From Desulfobulbus propionicus DSM 2032 (GTDB taxonomy: Bacteria > Desulfobacterota > Desulfobulbia > Desulfobulbales > Desulfobulbaceae): a stretch of DNA of 32,000 nt. Numbering within the stretch: the first letter of the stretch is position 1; each line of letters starts with the position of its first letter. Where the stretch lies: positions 3,330,001 to 3,362,000 of the forward strand of contig NC_014972.1 of assembly GCF_000186885.1 (NCBI RefSeq), in the 5' to 3' direction. Below the pieces are notes generated by a model. It worked only from the letters and a program-made list of their open reading frames with translations, had not been told where the DNA came from and ran no database searches. The translations under genes were made by a program, and so were the position numbers. Positions 11,222 to 19,443 of this stretch are shown piece by piece.

Positions 11222-11758
11222 ATGCACGCCAAGCCCTTCATAACCGCCCTGTTGACGGCGCTGTTCCTCTTCCTGGGAACCAGCCTCTCCAAGGCGGATT
11301 CCCCGGAACTTGAGTACAAGGTCAAGGCCGCCTTCTTACTCAATTTCGCCAAATTCACCGCTTGGCCCCTGCCCGCAGAGAATACCCCCGGCCCCTTCAC
11401 CCTCTGCGTCCTCGGCACGGATCCCTTTGGCCAATCGCTCGACGGCCTGGCGGAAAAGCAGATTAACGGCAACAACATTGAAATCCGCCGCACCGCCTCC
11501 AGCGCCGCCATCGGGCAATGCCGACTTGTGTTCGTCAGCAAATCGGAACAGGCCGACCTGCAGAAAGTGCTCCGCCTGACTGCGGGCCACCCCATTGTCA
11601 CGGTCAGCGACATGGAAGGATTCGCCGCTGCCGGCGGCACCATCGAATTCAAGAACAAGGAGGGACGACTCTCCTTTATCATCAACAACACCAAGGCCAG
11701 AATGAACGGACTGCGATTCAGCTCGTCGCTGCTCACCCTGGCCCTCGAAGTTTTGTAG
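11222..11758 (+). CDS. YfiR-like periplasmic protein (DUF4154 family)
   Basis: 178 aa with signal peptide MHAKPFITALLTALFLFLGTSLSKA. It has the family-typical motif LEYKVKAAFLLNFAKFTAWP followed by FTLCVLG...GQCRLVFV. It starts 12 nt after the TBDR stop and ends 6 nt before the kinase start. Confidence 0.8.
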   Translation: MHAKPFITALLTALFLFLGTSLSKADSPELEYKVKAAFLLNFAKFTAWPLPAENTPGPFTLCVLGTDPFGQSLDGLAEKQINGNNIEIRRTASSAAIGQCRLVFVSKSEQADLQKVLRLTAGHPIVTVSDMEGFAAAGGTIEFKNKEGRLSFIINNTKARMNGLRFSSSLLTLALEVL

Positions 11759-11764
11759 TCTCGA

Positions 11765-14593
11765 ATGAAAAACAGATTTTTTCAGCTCGCCATCCGCAAC
11801 AAACTCTACGTGATCGTGCTCCTCTCCTGCACCATCGCCCTGGTGCTGGTCATGCTGGCATCCTTTGCCACCCAGTGGTATCTGGTCCGCAAACAACTGG
11901 CCGATGAGGTGCAAACCCTGGCCATGGTCATCGCGGAAAACAGCAGTGCCGGCATCGCCTTCGAGGATCGCGAGGCCCTCCAGATCATCCTCCGCTCCCT
12001 GGCCGCCAAGCCCAACATCGTGGCCGGACGGATATTGAACGCCAAGGGGGAACTGTACGCCGAATATGCGCGCGCCGATCAAGCCGTCATTCCCGGCCCC
12101 CCAGAGGGCATCCCCTCGGGGCTGGCCTTGGGGGCGTTCCGGTTCCATGGCCGCCACGCGGAAATCTTGCAGCCGGTCACCCTGGAACAGGAAGCGATTG
12201 GCGCGGTTTTCCTGATGGTCAGCCTGGAGGAAATCAACCGTAATCTCCTGCGGTTGGCCGGCTTGATGGTCGTCATGCTGCTGTTGGGGCTCGGCATGGC
12301 GATGCTGTTTTCCCGGCGGCTGCTGCAAGTCATCATCGAACCCATCAGCACGCTTTCCCAGGTGATGGGCGTGATCTCCCGCGACCAGGATTACACCGTC
12401 CGTTCGCCGGTCCGCAGCACGGACGAATTGGGGCTGCTGTCCACCGGCTTCAATACCATGATCGCCCAGATCCAGCAGCGCGACCTCTATCTCGAGGAAC
12501 AGGTGGAGCAGCGGACCCGCGACCTGCTCGCGGCCAAGGAGGCCGCCGAGGCCGCCAACCAGGCCAAGAGCCTTTTTCTTGCCAACATGAGCCATGAGAT
12601 TCGCACGCCGATGAACGCCATCATCGGCATGACCCGGCTGGCCCTGGACAATCGGCCGGAACCCGGCCAGCGTAAATTACTGCAGACCGTGAAGGATTCG
12701 GCCGACAGCCTGCTTGGCATCCTCAACGATATTCTCGATTTCTCCAAGATCGAGGCCGGCCAGCTGCTGCTCAGCAAAAAACCGTTCGTCCTCGGGCAGC
12801 TCATGGAAACCATGATCTCGGCCTTGAAGGTCCCCGCCGCTGAGAAAGGCCTGACCCTGGAGTACAGCATCTCCCCTGACCTGCCGGCGGTGATCATCGG
12901 CGACGATCTGCGCCTGCGACAGATCTTTTTCAATCTCGTGGGCAATGCCATCAAGTTTACCGAGACCGGCGGGGTGACGGTCAGCATCGAGCCGGTGTCC
13001 GATGGCCCGCCCCAGCAAGGCTGCCTGCTCCATTGCCGCGTCCGCGACAGCGGCATCGGTATCCCCAAGGAACAGCAGGAGCGGATCTTCAACACCTTTG
13101 AACAGGCTGACGGCTCCTCGGTCCGCAAGTACGGCGGCACCGGCCTGGGCCTGACGATCAGCAGGCAACTGACCGAAATGATGGGCGGCCGCATGTGGGT
13201 GGAGAGCGAACCCGGAGTCGGCAGCACCTTTCATTTCACCGTCTGCCTGGAACAGGGAGAAGAGGCGGCGATGACCGCGTTGCCCAACGACCGTTTGGCG
13301 GCGCGGCGCATAACCGGCCTCCGCCTTCTGGTGGTGGATGACAACGAGATCAACCGTGACCTGGCGCGAATGGTTCTGGAACGGGATCATCGGGTGCTGA
13401 CCGCGGAACAGGGCCTCGCCGGCCTGCGGACACTGGCGGAAGCGGAGGCGGTTGACGTGGTGCTGATGGATGTGCAGATGCCGGTCATGGATGGACTCAC
13501 CGCCACCCGCATCATCCGGGCCATCGAACAGGGACAGCCACCGCCCCTGGAACTGACGGACGCTCTGCACCAGGCCTTGGACAAGCGACTGCGCGGCGCC
13601 CACCTGCCCATCATCGCCATGACCGCCCATGCCATGGGCGGTGATCAGGAGAGGTGCCTGGCAGCCGGCATGGATGAGTATGTGACCAAACCCTTTCAAC
13701 CGGAACAGCTCGCCGATGCCTTGATGGCCATCAACGGAGTGGATGCGGGCAGATGGCTCGTCCCGGACGGCGATCATCCACCCGCCCCGGCCGAGGAACC
13801 CGAAGCGCAGGCGGCCCCCACCGCGCCGGCTAGCGTAGAACTGGTCCGCTCCTATCTACACGCCACGGCCAATTTTTCCCTGGAACAGGTGGAACGGCTG
13901 GTGCAAACGTCGCGTCGAAGCGTGACCAGCCTGCTGGCCAGTTGCGACCGGTCCCTGCGCGATGGCGATTTTCAGGAATTGGGATTGGCGGCCCACACCC
14001 TCAAGGGCACCCTGTTGCAGTGCGGGCTTGCCGGATGGGCCCAACGGGCGCAGTCGCTCTTTGCCCATGCCAAACATGAGAGCGAAGCGGAGGCGAAAGA
14101 GGTCTTGAACGAGCTGCGTCTTGCCCTTGTTGCCCTGGTCATGACCGAGGAGCAGCCCCTGGCCGCAAGAACCGGGGAGAACGGAGGGAGCGGACCGCAT
14201 GACCGCCGTCATCGCGGCCGCATCCTGGCGATGGATGACGAGGAGGTCATCCGCGAGGTGATCGGCGGCATGTTTCATTATCTGGGCGCAGCCTGCGATC
14301 TCGCCGCCTCTGGCGAAGAAGGGCTGGAACTGTACAGCCAGTCGCTGGCCAACGGCCAACCCTACGACCTGGTCATGACCGATCTTCAGGTTGCCGAAGG
14401 CATGGGTGGGATGGACATGGCGCAGGAGATTCTCGCACGGGACCCCACGGCCAGGATCGTGGTATCCAGCGCCGATTCCCAGGACCCGGTGATGCGGCGC
14501 TATACCGAGTACGGATTTGTCGGCAGGGTGAAAAAACCGTACTCGGTGCAGAGCCTGGCGGCCCTGCTGGAAGAAATGCTGGGCAAACCCTAG
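11765..14593 (+). CDS. Hybrid sensor histidine kinase: TM, CHASE8-like periplasmic domain, TM, HAMP, HisKA, HATPase_c, REC, HPt, REC
   Basis: 942 aa. TM1 is around residues 13-40. The periplasmic segment has the pattern [52 protein letters not shown]2 is around residues 160-183. The H-box is [14 protein letters not shown] (His277, nt 12593-12595). The N and G boxes are [17 protein letters not shown] and GGTGLGL. REC1 is LLVVDDN...[12 protein letters not shown] (Asp569)...KP. HPt is [13 protein letters not shown] (His744). REC2 is ILAMDDEE...LVMTDLQ (Asp873)...VKKP. Confidence 0.9.
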   Translation: MKNRFFQLAIRNKLYVIVLLSCTIALVLVMLASFATQWYLVRKQLADEVQTLAMVIAENSSAGIAFEDREALQIILRSLAAKPNIVAGRILNAKGELYAEYARADQAVIPGPPEGIPSGLALGAFRFHGRHAEILQPVTLEQEAIGAVFLMVSLEEINRNLLRLAGLMVVMLLLGLGMAMLFSRRLLQVIIEPISTLSQVMGVISRDQDYTVRSPVRSTDELGLLSTGFNTMIAQIQQRDLYLEEQVEQRTRDLLAAKEAAEAANQAKSLFLANMSHEIRTPMNAIIGMTRLALDNRPEPGQRKLLQTVKDSADSLLGILNDILDFSKIEAGQLLLSKKPFVLGQLMETMISALKVPAAEKGLTLEYSISPDLPAVIIGDDLRLRQIFFNLVGNAIKFTETGGVTVSIEPVSDGPPQQGCLLHCRVRDSGIGIPKEQQERIFNTFEQADGSSVRKYGGTGLGLTISRQLTEMMGGRMWVESEPGVGSTFHFTVCLEQGEEAAMTALPNDRLAARRITGLRLLVVDDNEINRDLARMVLERDHRVLTAEQGLAGLRTLAEAEAVDVVLMDVQMPVMDGLTATRIIRAIEQGQPPPLELTDALHQALDKRLRGAHLPIIAMTAHAMGGDQERCLAAGMDEYVTKPFQPEQLADALMAINGVDAGRWLVPDGDHPPAPAEEPEAQAAPTAPASVELVRSYLHATANFSLEQVERLVQTSRRSVTSLLASCDRSLRDGDFQELGLAAHTLKGTLLQCGLAGWAQRAQSLFAHAKHESEAEAKEVLNELRLALVALVMTEEQPLAARTGENGGSGPHDRRHRGRILAMDDEEVIREVIGGMFHYLGAACDLAASGEEGLELYSQSLANGQPYDLVMTDLQVAEGMGGMDMAQEILARDPTARIVVSSADSQDPVMRRYTEYGFVGRVKKPYSVQSLAALLEEMLGKP

Positions 14594-14620
14594 CGGTCTA
14601 ACCGCGGAACGCCCCTTCCA

Positions 14621-14962
14621 TCAGCCTGGCGGCCAGGCCATGTTGCGGCCGCCGAGGATGTGCATGTGCAGATGAAACACAGTCTGTCCCGCCTGCGAGC
14701 CGTTGTTGAACACCACCCGATAGTGCGGCACCCCTTCCTTGACGGCGATCTCGTTGCCGATCCGCATCAGTTTACCGACGATGCGTTCGTCTTCCCCGGT
14801 CACCGCCGACGGGCCGCTGAGGTGCTTTTTCGGGATCACCAGAAAATGAACCGGCGCCTGGGGAGCGATGTCGCGGAAGGCAAGCACCTCGTCGTCTTCA
14901 TAGAGTTTGCTGGCCGGGATTTCTCCCCGGACAATTTTGCAGAACAGACAGTTGTCAGGCAT
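14621..14962 (-). CDS. HIT-family (HINT-like) nucleotide hydrolase
   Basis: 113 aa with N-terminal CLFCKIVRGEIP and the histidine triad HLHMHILGG. It sits 32 nt downstream of the preceding minus-strand gene. Confidence 0.9.
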   Translation of the reverse strand: MPDNCLFCKIVRGEIPASKLYEDDEVLAFRDIAPQAPVHFLVIPKKHLSGPSAVTGEDERIVGKLMRIGNEIAVKEGVPHYRVVFNNGSQAGQTVFHLHMHILGGRNMAWPPG

Positions 14963-14994
14963 GGCGGACCTCGTGTGCGAAGGAAGGGCCGGGG

Positions 14995-15624
14995 CTACCG
15001 AGGGGTGCCGACCCGGGGAAGCAGGTGAAAGACCAAGGCATTGTTCACTCCCGCGATCTTCACCGGATCCATGGCAATGGGGATGGACTTGGAACCGACC
15101 CGGAGGTTGATCATCTCCAAGGCATCGAGATCGACCATATATTCCCGCCCGCCCAGGGCACCGAGCAGGGGGGCGAGCCCGTCCTCGGGGTTGCCGCCGT
15201 TCTGGGCCGTGTCGGTGAAGCGGGGAGTGACGTACAATTTTTTCTTGCCCGGATCAAACCGGGTCTGCAGGTCGCAGGTCATGGGCAGATGGACCTCGCC
15301 GACCCTGAGTTGGATATCCTGACCGGCCAGACGGGTGGTCACCATCAGATTCCTGCCGGAGAGCACGCCGCGCACGGTGATGATGTTGTCATGAATCGCC
15401 AGGCGGTCCAGGGATTCCAGAATGATGTCGCCCTGCAGCTGCCGGCTCTGCGACGGGATGTCCAACGGCAGCACCTTTTGCAGGGAGGTCAGCACGGTTT
15501 CCGCGGGCAGGGTGATGACGATATTTTTGGTTTGGGGTCCGCCGGCCGCGCCCCTGGCTGCCAGGGGCAGAAGGCACAGCGCGACCAGCAGGCCGATGAG
15601 GGAAAGCGTTTTTTTATTGACCAT
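14995..15624 (-). CDS. Secreted hypothetical protein (signal peptide, no family recognised)
   Basis: I place the start at ATG 15624 (MVNKKTLSLIGLLVALCLLPLAARGAAG). The 50 upstream codons in the track ORF are not signal-like. Amino-acid composition is balanced, unlike the antisense + strand ORF. It probably forms an operon with the HIT gene. Confidence 0.6.
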   Translation of the reverse strand: MVNKKTLSLIGLLVALCLLPLAARGAAGGPQTKNIVITLPAETVLTSLQKVLPLDIPSQSRQLQGDIILESLDRLAIHDNIITVRGVLSGRNLMVTTRLAGQDIQLRVGEVHLPMTCDLQTRFDPGKKKLYVTPRFTDTAQNGGNPEDGLAPLLGALGGREYMVDLDALEMINLRVGSKSIPIAMDPVKIAGVNNALVFHLLPRVGTPR

Positions 15625-15849
15625 GGCGGGAAAACAAGAAAGATTGTCGGCTTGGCCGCCGGTTGTGCCTATGTGCAAGGAAAGCGGCGACGCGTGAGCG
15701 GATTGGCTGAAAAGGAAAAAGTGGCATTGCTGGACCTCGGCCACCTGGATTCGATTCGAAAGGAAACGTATCAAAATGCTCTATTTTCACGCCCCTGTCA
15801 AGGCGGACAACAAGAAAAAGTCCGAGTTCCCGCCACCTCCTGCCCGTCC

Positions 15850-17229
15850 ATGACCGCAGACGCCCGCCCTTCCCTTGTGCCGCTGCAACTTACCGTGGAC
15901 CGGGAATGCCGCCTCGCCGGGGCCTCCCCCGCGCTGCTCGCCGCCCTCAAGGCGGAATTGACCATCGACAACCCCAAATACCAGGCGGCGAAACAGTTTG
16001 GCCGCTGGATCGGCAAACAGCTCAAACCCAAACTCTTTTTCTTCCGTCAACAGGACGACGGCATCTGCTTTCCGCGCGGTTTCGGCAACCAGGCGGTACG
16101 GATCTGCCGCCGGGTAAGCGGTGAAACACCCGAAGTCGTCGACCACCGCCGCACCCTGGACGAAATCGACCTGGCTTTCCGGGGAACGCTCCGTCCCTAC
16201 CAGGAGCAGGCGGTGGCGACTATCCTGGACCACTCGTTCGGCGTGCTCGAGGCCGGCACCGGCTCCGGCAAGACGGTCATGGCCCTGGCGGTGATGGCCC
16301 GCCGCAGGCAGCCGGCCCTGATTCTGGTGCACAACAAGGAGCTGCTGCGCCAGTGGCAGCAACGGATAGAACAGTTTCTCGGTGTCGAGGCCGGCCAGGC
16401 CGGAGACGGGGTATTCGACATCCGCCCCATCACCGTGGCCATTGTCAATACCGCGAAAAAACATCTGCACACCCTGCCCGGGCAGTTCGGTCAGCTAGTG
16501 GTCGACGAGTGCCACCGGGTTCCTGCCAGTCTGTTCACCGATGTGGTGTCGGCCTTTGATTGCCGCTACATGCTGGGCCTCTCGGCCACGGCTTTCCGGC
16601 GGGAAGACGGCATGACCCGGTTGATCCACATCTATATGGGCGACCGGGTGCATGCGGTGGACGGGCGCATGCTGGCCGCCAGCGGCGCGGTGGTCCGACC
16701 GGAGCTTGAGCAGCGGCCGACCGGATTCCTCTACGGCTATCAGGGCGAATATCCAAAACTGATCAAGGCCTTGGCCGGCAACCTTCAGCGCAACCGATTG
16801 ATTGTCGACGACATCCTTGCCCTGATCCGCCACGGCCATCGGGGCACGATCCTGGTGGTTTCCGATCGCGTGGCGCACTGCCAGGCCCTGGCCGATCTGC
16901 TCCAGGCTGGCGGCGTGATTGCGCCGGTGCTGACCGGCCAGTCTCCTCCGGAAACACGGGCCGACTTGGTGGCCGATGTTCAGGCCGGCAAGGTGGCGGT
17001 GCTGGTGGCCACCCTGCAGCTGATCGGCGAGGGGTTTGACTGCCCAGGCCTGTCCACCCTGATCCTGGCCACCCCGATCAAATTCGAGGGCAGGTTGCTG
17101 CAGGTGGTTGGCCGGATCATGCGGCCCGCCGTGGGCAAACGCGCCCGGGTGATCGACTATGTCGATGAAAACATACCGGTCCTGCGGCGCTCGGCAGCGG
17201 CCCGCCGAGCGGTTTTTTCGGGATGGTGA
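15850..17229 (+). CDS. Superfamily-2 DExH helicase (ResIII/XPB-like core) with an uncharacterised ~110-aa N-terminal domain
   Basis: I place the start at in-frame ATG 15850 (MTADARPSLV...). The track ORF from 15025 is antisense to the neighbouring gene. Motifs: RPYQEQAV (Q-like), EAGTGSGKT (I), VVDECHRV (II), LGLSAT (III), QVVGRIMR (VI). Confidence 0.8.
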   Translation: MTADARPSLVPLQLTVDRECRLAGASPALLAALKAELTIDNPKYQAAKQFGRWIGKQLKPKLFFFRQQDDGICFPRGFGNQAVRICRRVSGETPEVVDHRRTLDEIDLAFRGTLRPYQEQAVATILDHSFGVLEAGTGSGKTVMALAVMARRRQPALILVHNKELLRQWQQRIEQFLGVEAGQAGDGVFDIRPITVAIVNTAKKHLHTLPGQFGQLVVDECHRVPASLFTDVVSAFDCRYMLGLSATAFRREDGMTRLIHIYMGDRVHAVDGRMLAASGAVVRPELEQRPTGFLYGYQGEYPKLIKALAGNLQRNRLIVDDILALIRHGHRGTILVVSDRVAHCQALADLLQAGGVIAPVLTGQSPPETRADLVADVQAGKVAVLVATLQLIGEGFDCPGLSTLILATPIKFEGRLLQVVGRIMRPAVGKRARVIDYVDENIPVLRRSAAARRAVFSGW

Positions 17230-17250
17230 CCGGTCCGACCATCAATCTCC

Positions 17251-17279
17251 TTGTCTTTTTGTTCTTCTTCCTGTAGATA
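17251..17279 (+). promoter_or_regulatory. Putative sigma70-type promoter for typA: TTGTCT, 17 nt spacer, TAGATA
   Basis: It sits in the only AT-rich patch of the helicase-typA intergenic region and would give a leader of about 160 nt. Confidence 0.3.
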
Positions 17280-17444
17280 TAACCTCTTTTTTATCTCAGC
17301 TCGCCCGAAGACCGGCCAATCCGTGCCGATCACCCTGCCGGTGTTCGCGCGGCGCTTACCGCTATCGCCTATTGTCCCAAGCTTTCCGGCAACTCGTCTT
17401 GTTTAATCATCACCACACATGCCCCATCCAGGGGCGGGAGCAGT

Positions 17445-19244
17445 ATGGATCAGCAGTTTATTCGTAACGTCGCCATTATCGCCCATGTTGACCATGGAAA
17501 AACAACCCTTGTCGATCAGTTGTTCCGCCACAGCGGCATGTTCCGCGACAATCAGCAGGTGGCGGAACGGTTGATGGACTCCATGGATCTGGAACGCGAG
17601 CGGGGCATCACCATTGCCTCGAAAAACGGTTCCTACACCTATGGCGACTACCAGATCAACATCATCGACACCCCGGGCCATGCCGACTTCGGCGGCCAGG
17701 TGGAACGGGTGCTGCGCATGGCCGACGGCGCGGTCCTGCTGGTCGATGCCCAGGAAGGTCCCATGCCCCAGACCTTTTTCGTGGTCAAGAAGGCCCTGGC
17801 CGCCGGCCTGCCCATCCTGGTGGTGATCAACAAGATCGACAAGCCAGCGGCGCGCTGCGACTGGGCGGTGGATCAGGTTTTCGGCCTGCTGGACCGCCTC
17901 GACGCTCCGGATCACATCCTCGATTTTCCGGTGGTCTACGCCTCGGCCAAGGCCGGCTACGCCATTGCCGAGCCGGATACCGAGGTTACGCCGGAAACCG
18001 GCATGCGCGCGGTATCGGAGATGATCATCAAGCACGTGCCACCGCCCTCGGGCAGCCCGAACGCGCCGTTGCAGCTGCAGATCAACACCATCGACTACTC
18101 GCCCTACCTCGGCCGCCTGGGCATCGGCAAGATCGTCAACGGCAGCCTCACCCTGCGGACCCCGCTGGCGGTGGCCCGCCTCGACGGCTCGATCGCCCCG
18201 GTGCGCATCAACAAGATCTTCGGCTACTGCGGCGATCAGAAGGTGCCGGTGGACAGTGCCTCGGTGGGCGATATCATCGCCGTGGCCGGCATGGAGGATG
18301 TAACGGTCGGCGTCACCTTCACCGATCCCGCCGATCCCCGTCCCCTGCCGCTGATCGAGATCGACCCGCCGACCATCTCGATGAATTTCATCCCCAACGA
18401 CTCCCCTTTTGCCGGTCAGGACGGCAAATACGTCACCTCCCGCCACCTGGAGGAGCGTCTGTCCCGCGAGACCCTGGCCGATGTGGCCCTGCAGGTCGAA
18501 CCCCTGACCGAGGGCATCGGTTACCGGGTCTCCGGCCGCGGCGAGCTGCATCTGTCCATCCTCATTGAAAAGATGCGACGGGAGGAGTATGAATTCCAGG
18601 TAACCCGGCCGCAGGTGATCATGCGCGAAATCGACGGTCAGTTGATGGAACCCTATGAAGAGCTGTCGGTCGACGTAGACGAGCAGTTCCAGGGCGTGGT
18701 CATCGAAAAATTGGGCAAGCTCAAGGGCGTGCTGCTCGACATGCAGGTGGACAAGGAAATGACCCGGATGAAGTTCAAGGTGCCCACCCGGGGACTGCTT
18801 GGCTACCGCTCGGTGTTCATGACCGATACCCGCGGCATGGGGGTGATGAACTACATCTTTGCCGAATGGGGGCCCCATGCCGGCGAGATCCAAAACCGGA
18901 TCAACGGGGTGATGATCGTCAAGGAACCCTGCACCACCGTGGCCTATGCCCTGTTCAATCTCCAGGATCGCGGCCGGTTGTTCCTCGGCCCGGGGGTCGA
19001 TGTCTATCCGGGGATGATCATCGGCGAGCACTGCCGACCGGCCGACCTGATCGTCAACCCGGCCAAAGGCAAGAAGTTGACCAACATGCGCGCCTCGGGT
19101 TCGGACGAAGCGGTGATCCTCACCCCGCCGGTTGACATGAGCCTGGAAGACTGCATATCGTACATCAATGATGACGAACTGGTGGAAATCACCCCCAAGG
19201 CCATTCGCCTGCGCAAGCGCAAGGACGCCAAGATTCGGGGGTAG
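17445..19244 (+). CDS. typA: Translational GTPase TypA/BipA
   Basis: 599 aa. G1 is AIIAHVDHGKTTLVD, G3 is DTPGHADFGGEV-like (DTPGHADFGGQVERV), G4 is NKIDK, and the EF-G-like domains and BipA C-terminal domain are present. Confidence 0.95.
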   Translation: MDQQFIRNVAIIAHVDHGKTTLVDQLFRHSGMFRDNQQVAERLMDSMDLERERGITIASKNGSYTYGDYQINIIDTPGHADFGGQVERVLRMADGAVLLVDAQEGPMPQTFFVVKKALAAGLPILVVINKIDKPAARCDWAVDQVFGLLDRLDAPDHILDFPVVYASAKAGYAIAEPDTEVTPETGMRAVSEMIIKHVPPPSGSPNAPLQLQINTIDYSPYLGRLGIGKIVNGSLTLRTPLAVARLDGSIAPVRINKIFGYCGDQKVPVDSASVGDIIAVAGMEDVTVGVTFTDPADPRPLPLIEIDPPTISMNFIPNDSPFAGQDGKYVTSRHLEERLSRETLADVALQVEPLTEGIGYRVSGRGELHLSILIEKMRREEYEFQVTRPQVIMREIDGQLMEPYEELSVDVDEQFQGVVIEKLGKLKGVLLDMQVDKEMTRMKFKVPTRGLLGYRSVFMTDTRGMGVMNYIFAEWGPHAGEIQNRINGVMIVKEPCTTVAYALFNLQDRGRLFLGPGVDVYPGMIIGEHCRPADLIVNPAKGKKLTNMRASGSDEAVILTPPVDMSLEDCISYINDDELVEITPKAIRLRKRKDAKIRG

Positions 19245-19268
19245 CCTCTGCCCCCGCAGGGAGGAGGC

Positions 19269-19364
19269 ATGAAGGAACTGCTGCTGATCGGCGTGGCCCT
19301 CGCGGCCGGATTGGTCACCTTGGCGGTGCTTGTGCGCCGTTCAGGCGGCGACTGTATTCCCTGA
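19269..19364 (+). CDS. Small hydrophobic membrane peptide (31 aa to the first TGA); the same frame stays open and hydrophobic for 21 more codons, to 19430
   Basis: Not in the ORF track because it is under 60 aa. GGGAGGAGG lies immediately upstream of ATG 19269. The translation is MKELLLIGVALAAGLVTLAVLVRRSGGDCIP-TGA-LLLYGSVGAGLVTYAVLKALF-TGA. Third-position G/C bias persists on both sides of the first TGA. Confidence 0.4.
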   Translation: MKELLLIGVALAAGLVTLAVLVRRSGGDCIP

Positions 19365-19443
19365 CTGCTGTTGTACGGCTCCGTGGGCGCGGGGCTCGTC
19401 ACCTATGCGGTCCTCAAGGCCCTGTTCTGACGGGGGGAGAAAA

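Noticed and set aside
11336-13777. 419-aa and 366-aa ORFs on the - strand (11336-12595 and 12677-13777)
   Set aside because: Both are antisense to the YfiR-like and hybrid kinase genes, whose catalytic motifs are unambiguous. No motifs appear in the antisense products.
15025-15849. 275-codon N-terminal extension of the helicase ORF in the track
   Set aside because: This stretch is antisense to the secreted-protein gene (14995-15624) and then crosses the intergenic region. The helicase-like sequence only begins after ATG 15850.
17403-19031. 542-aa ORF on the - strand
   Set aside because: It is antisense to typA/bipA, the most confidently identified gene in the window.
19365-19430. Second half of the small ORF as an independent gene
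   Set aside because: It has no ATG and no SD, and a TTG or GTG start would give a peptide of under 20 aa. It is more sensibly treated either as untranslated or as a read-through/Sec extension of the upstream ORF (see findings).
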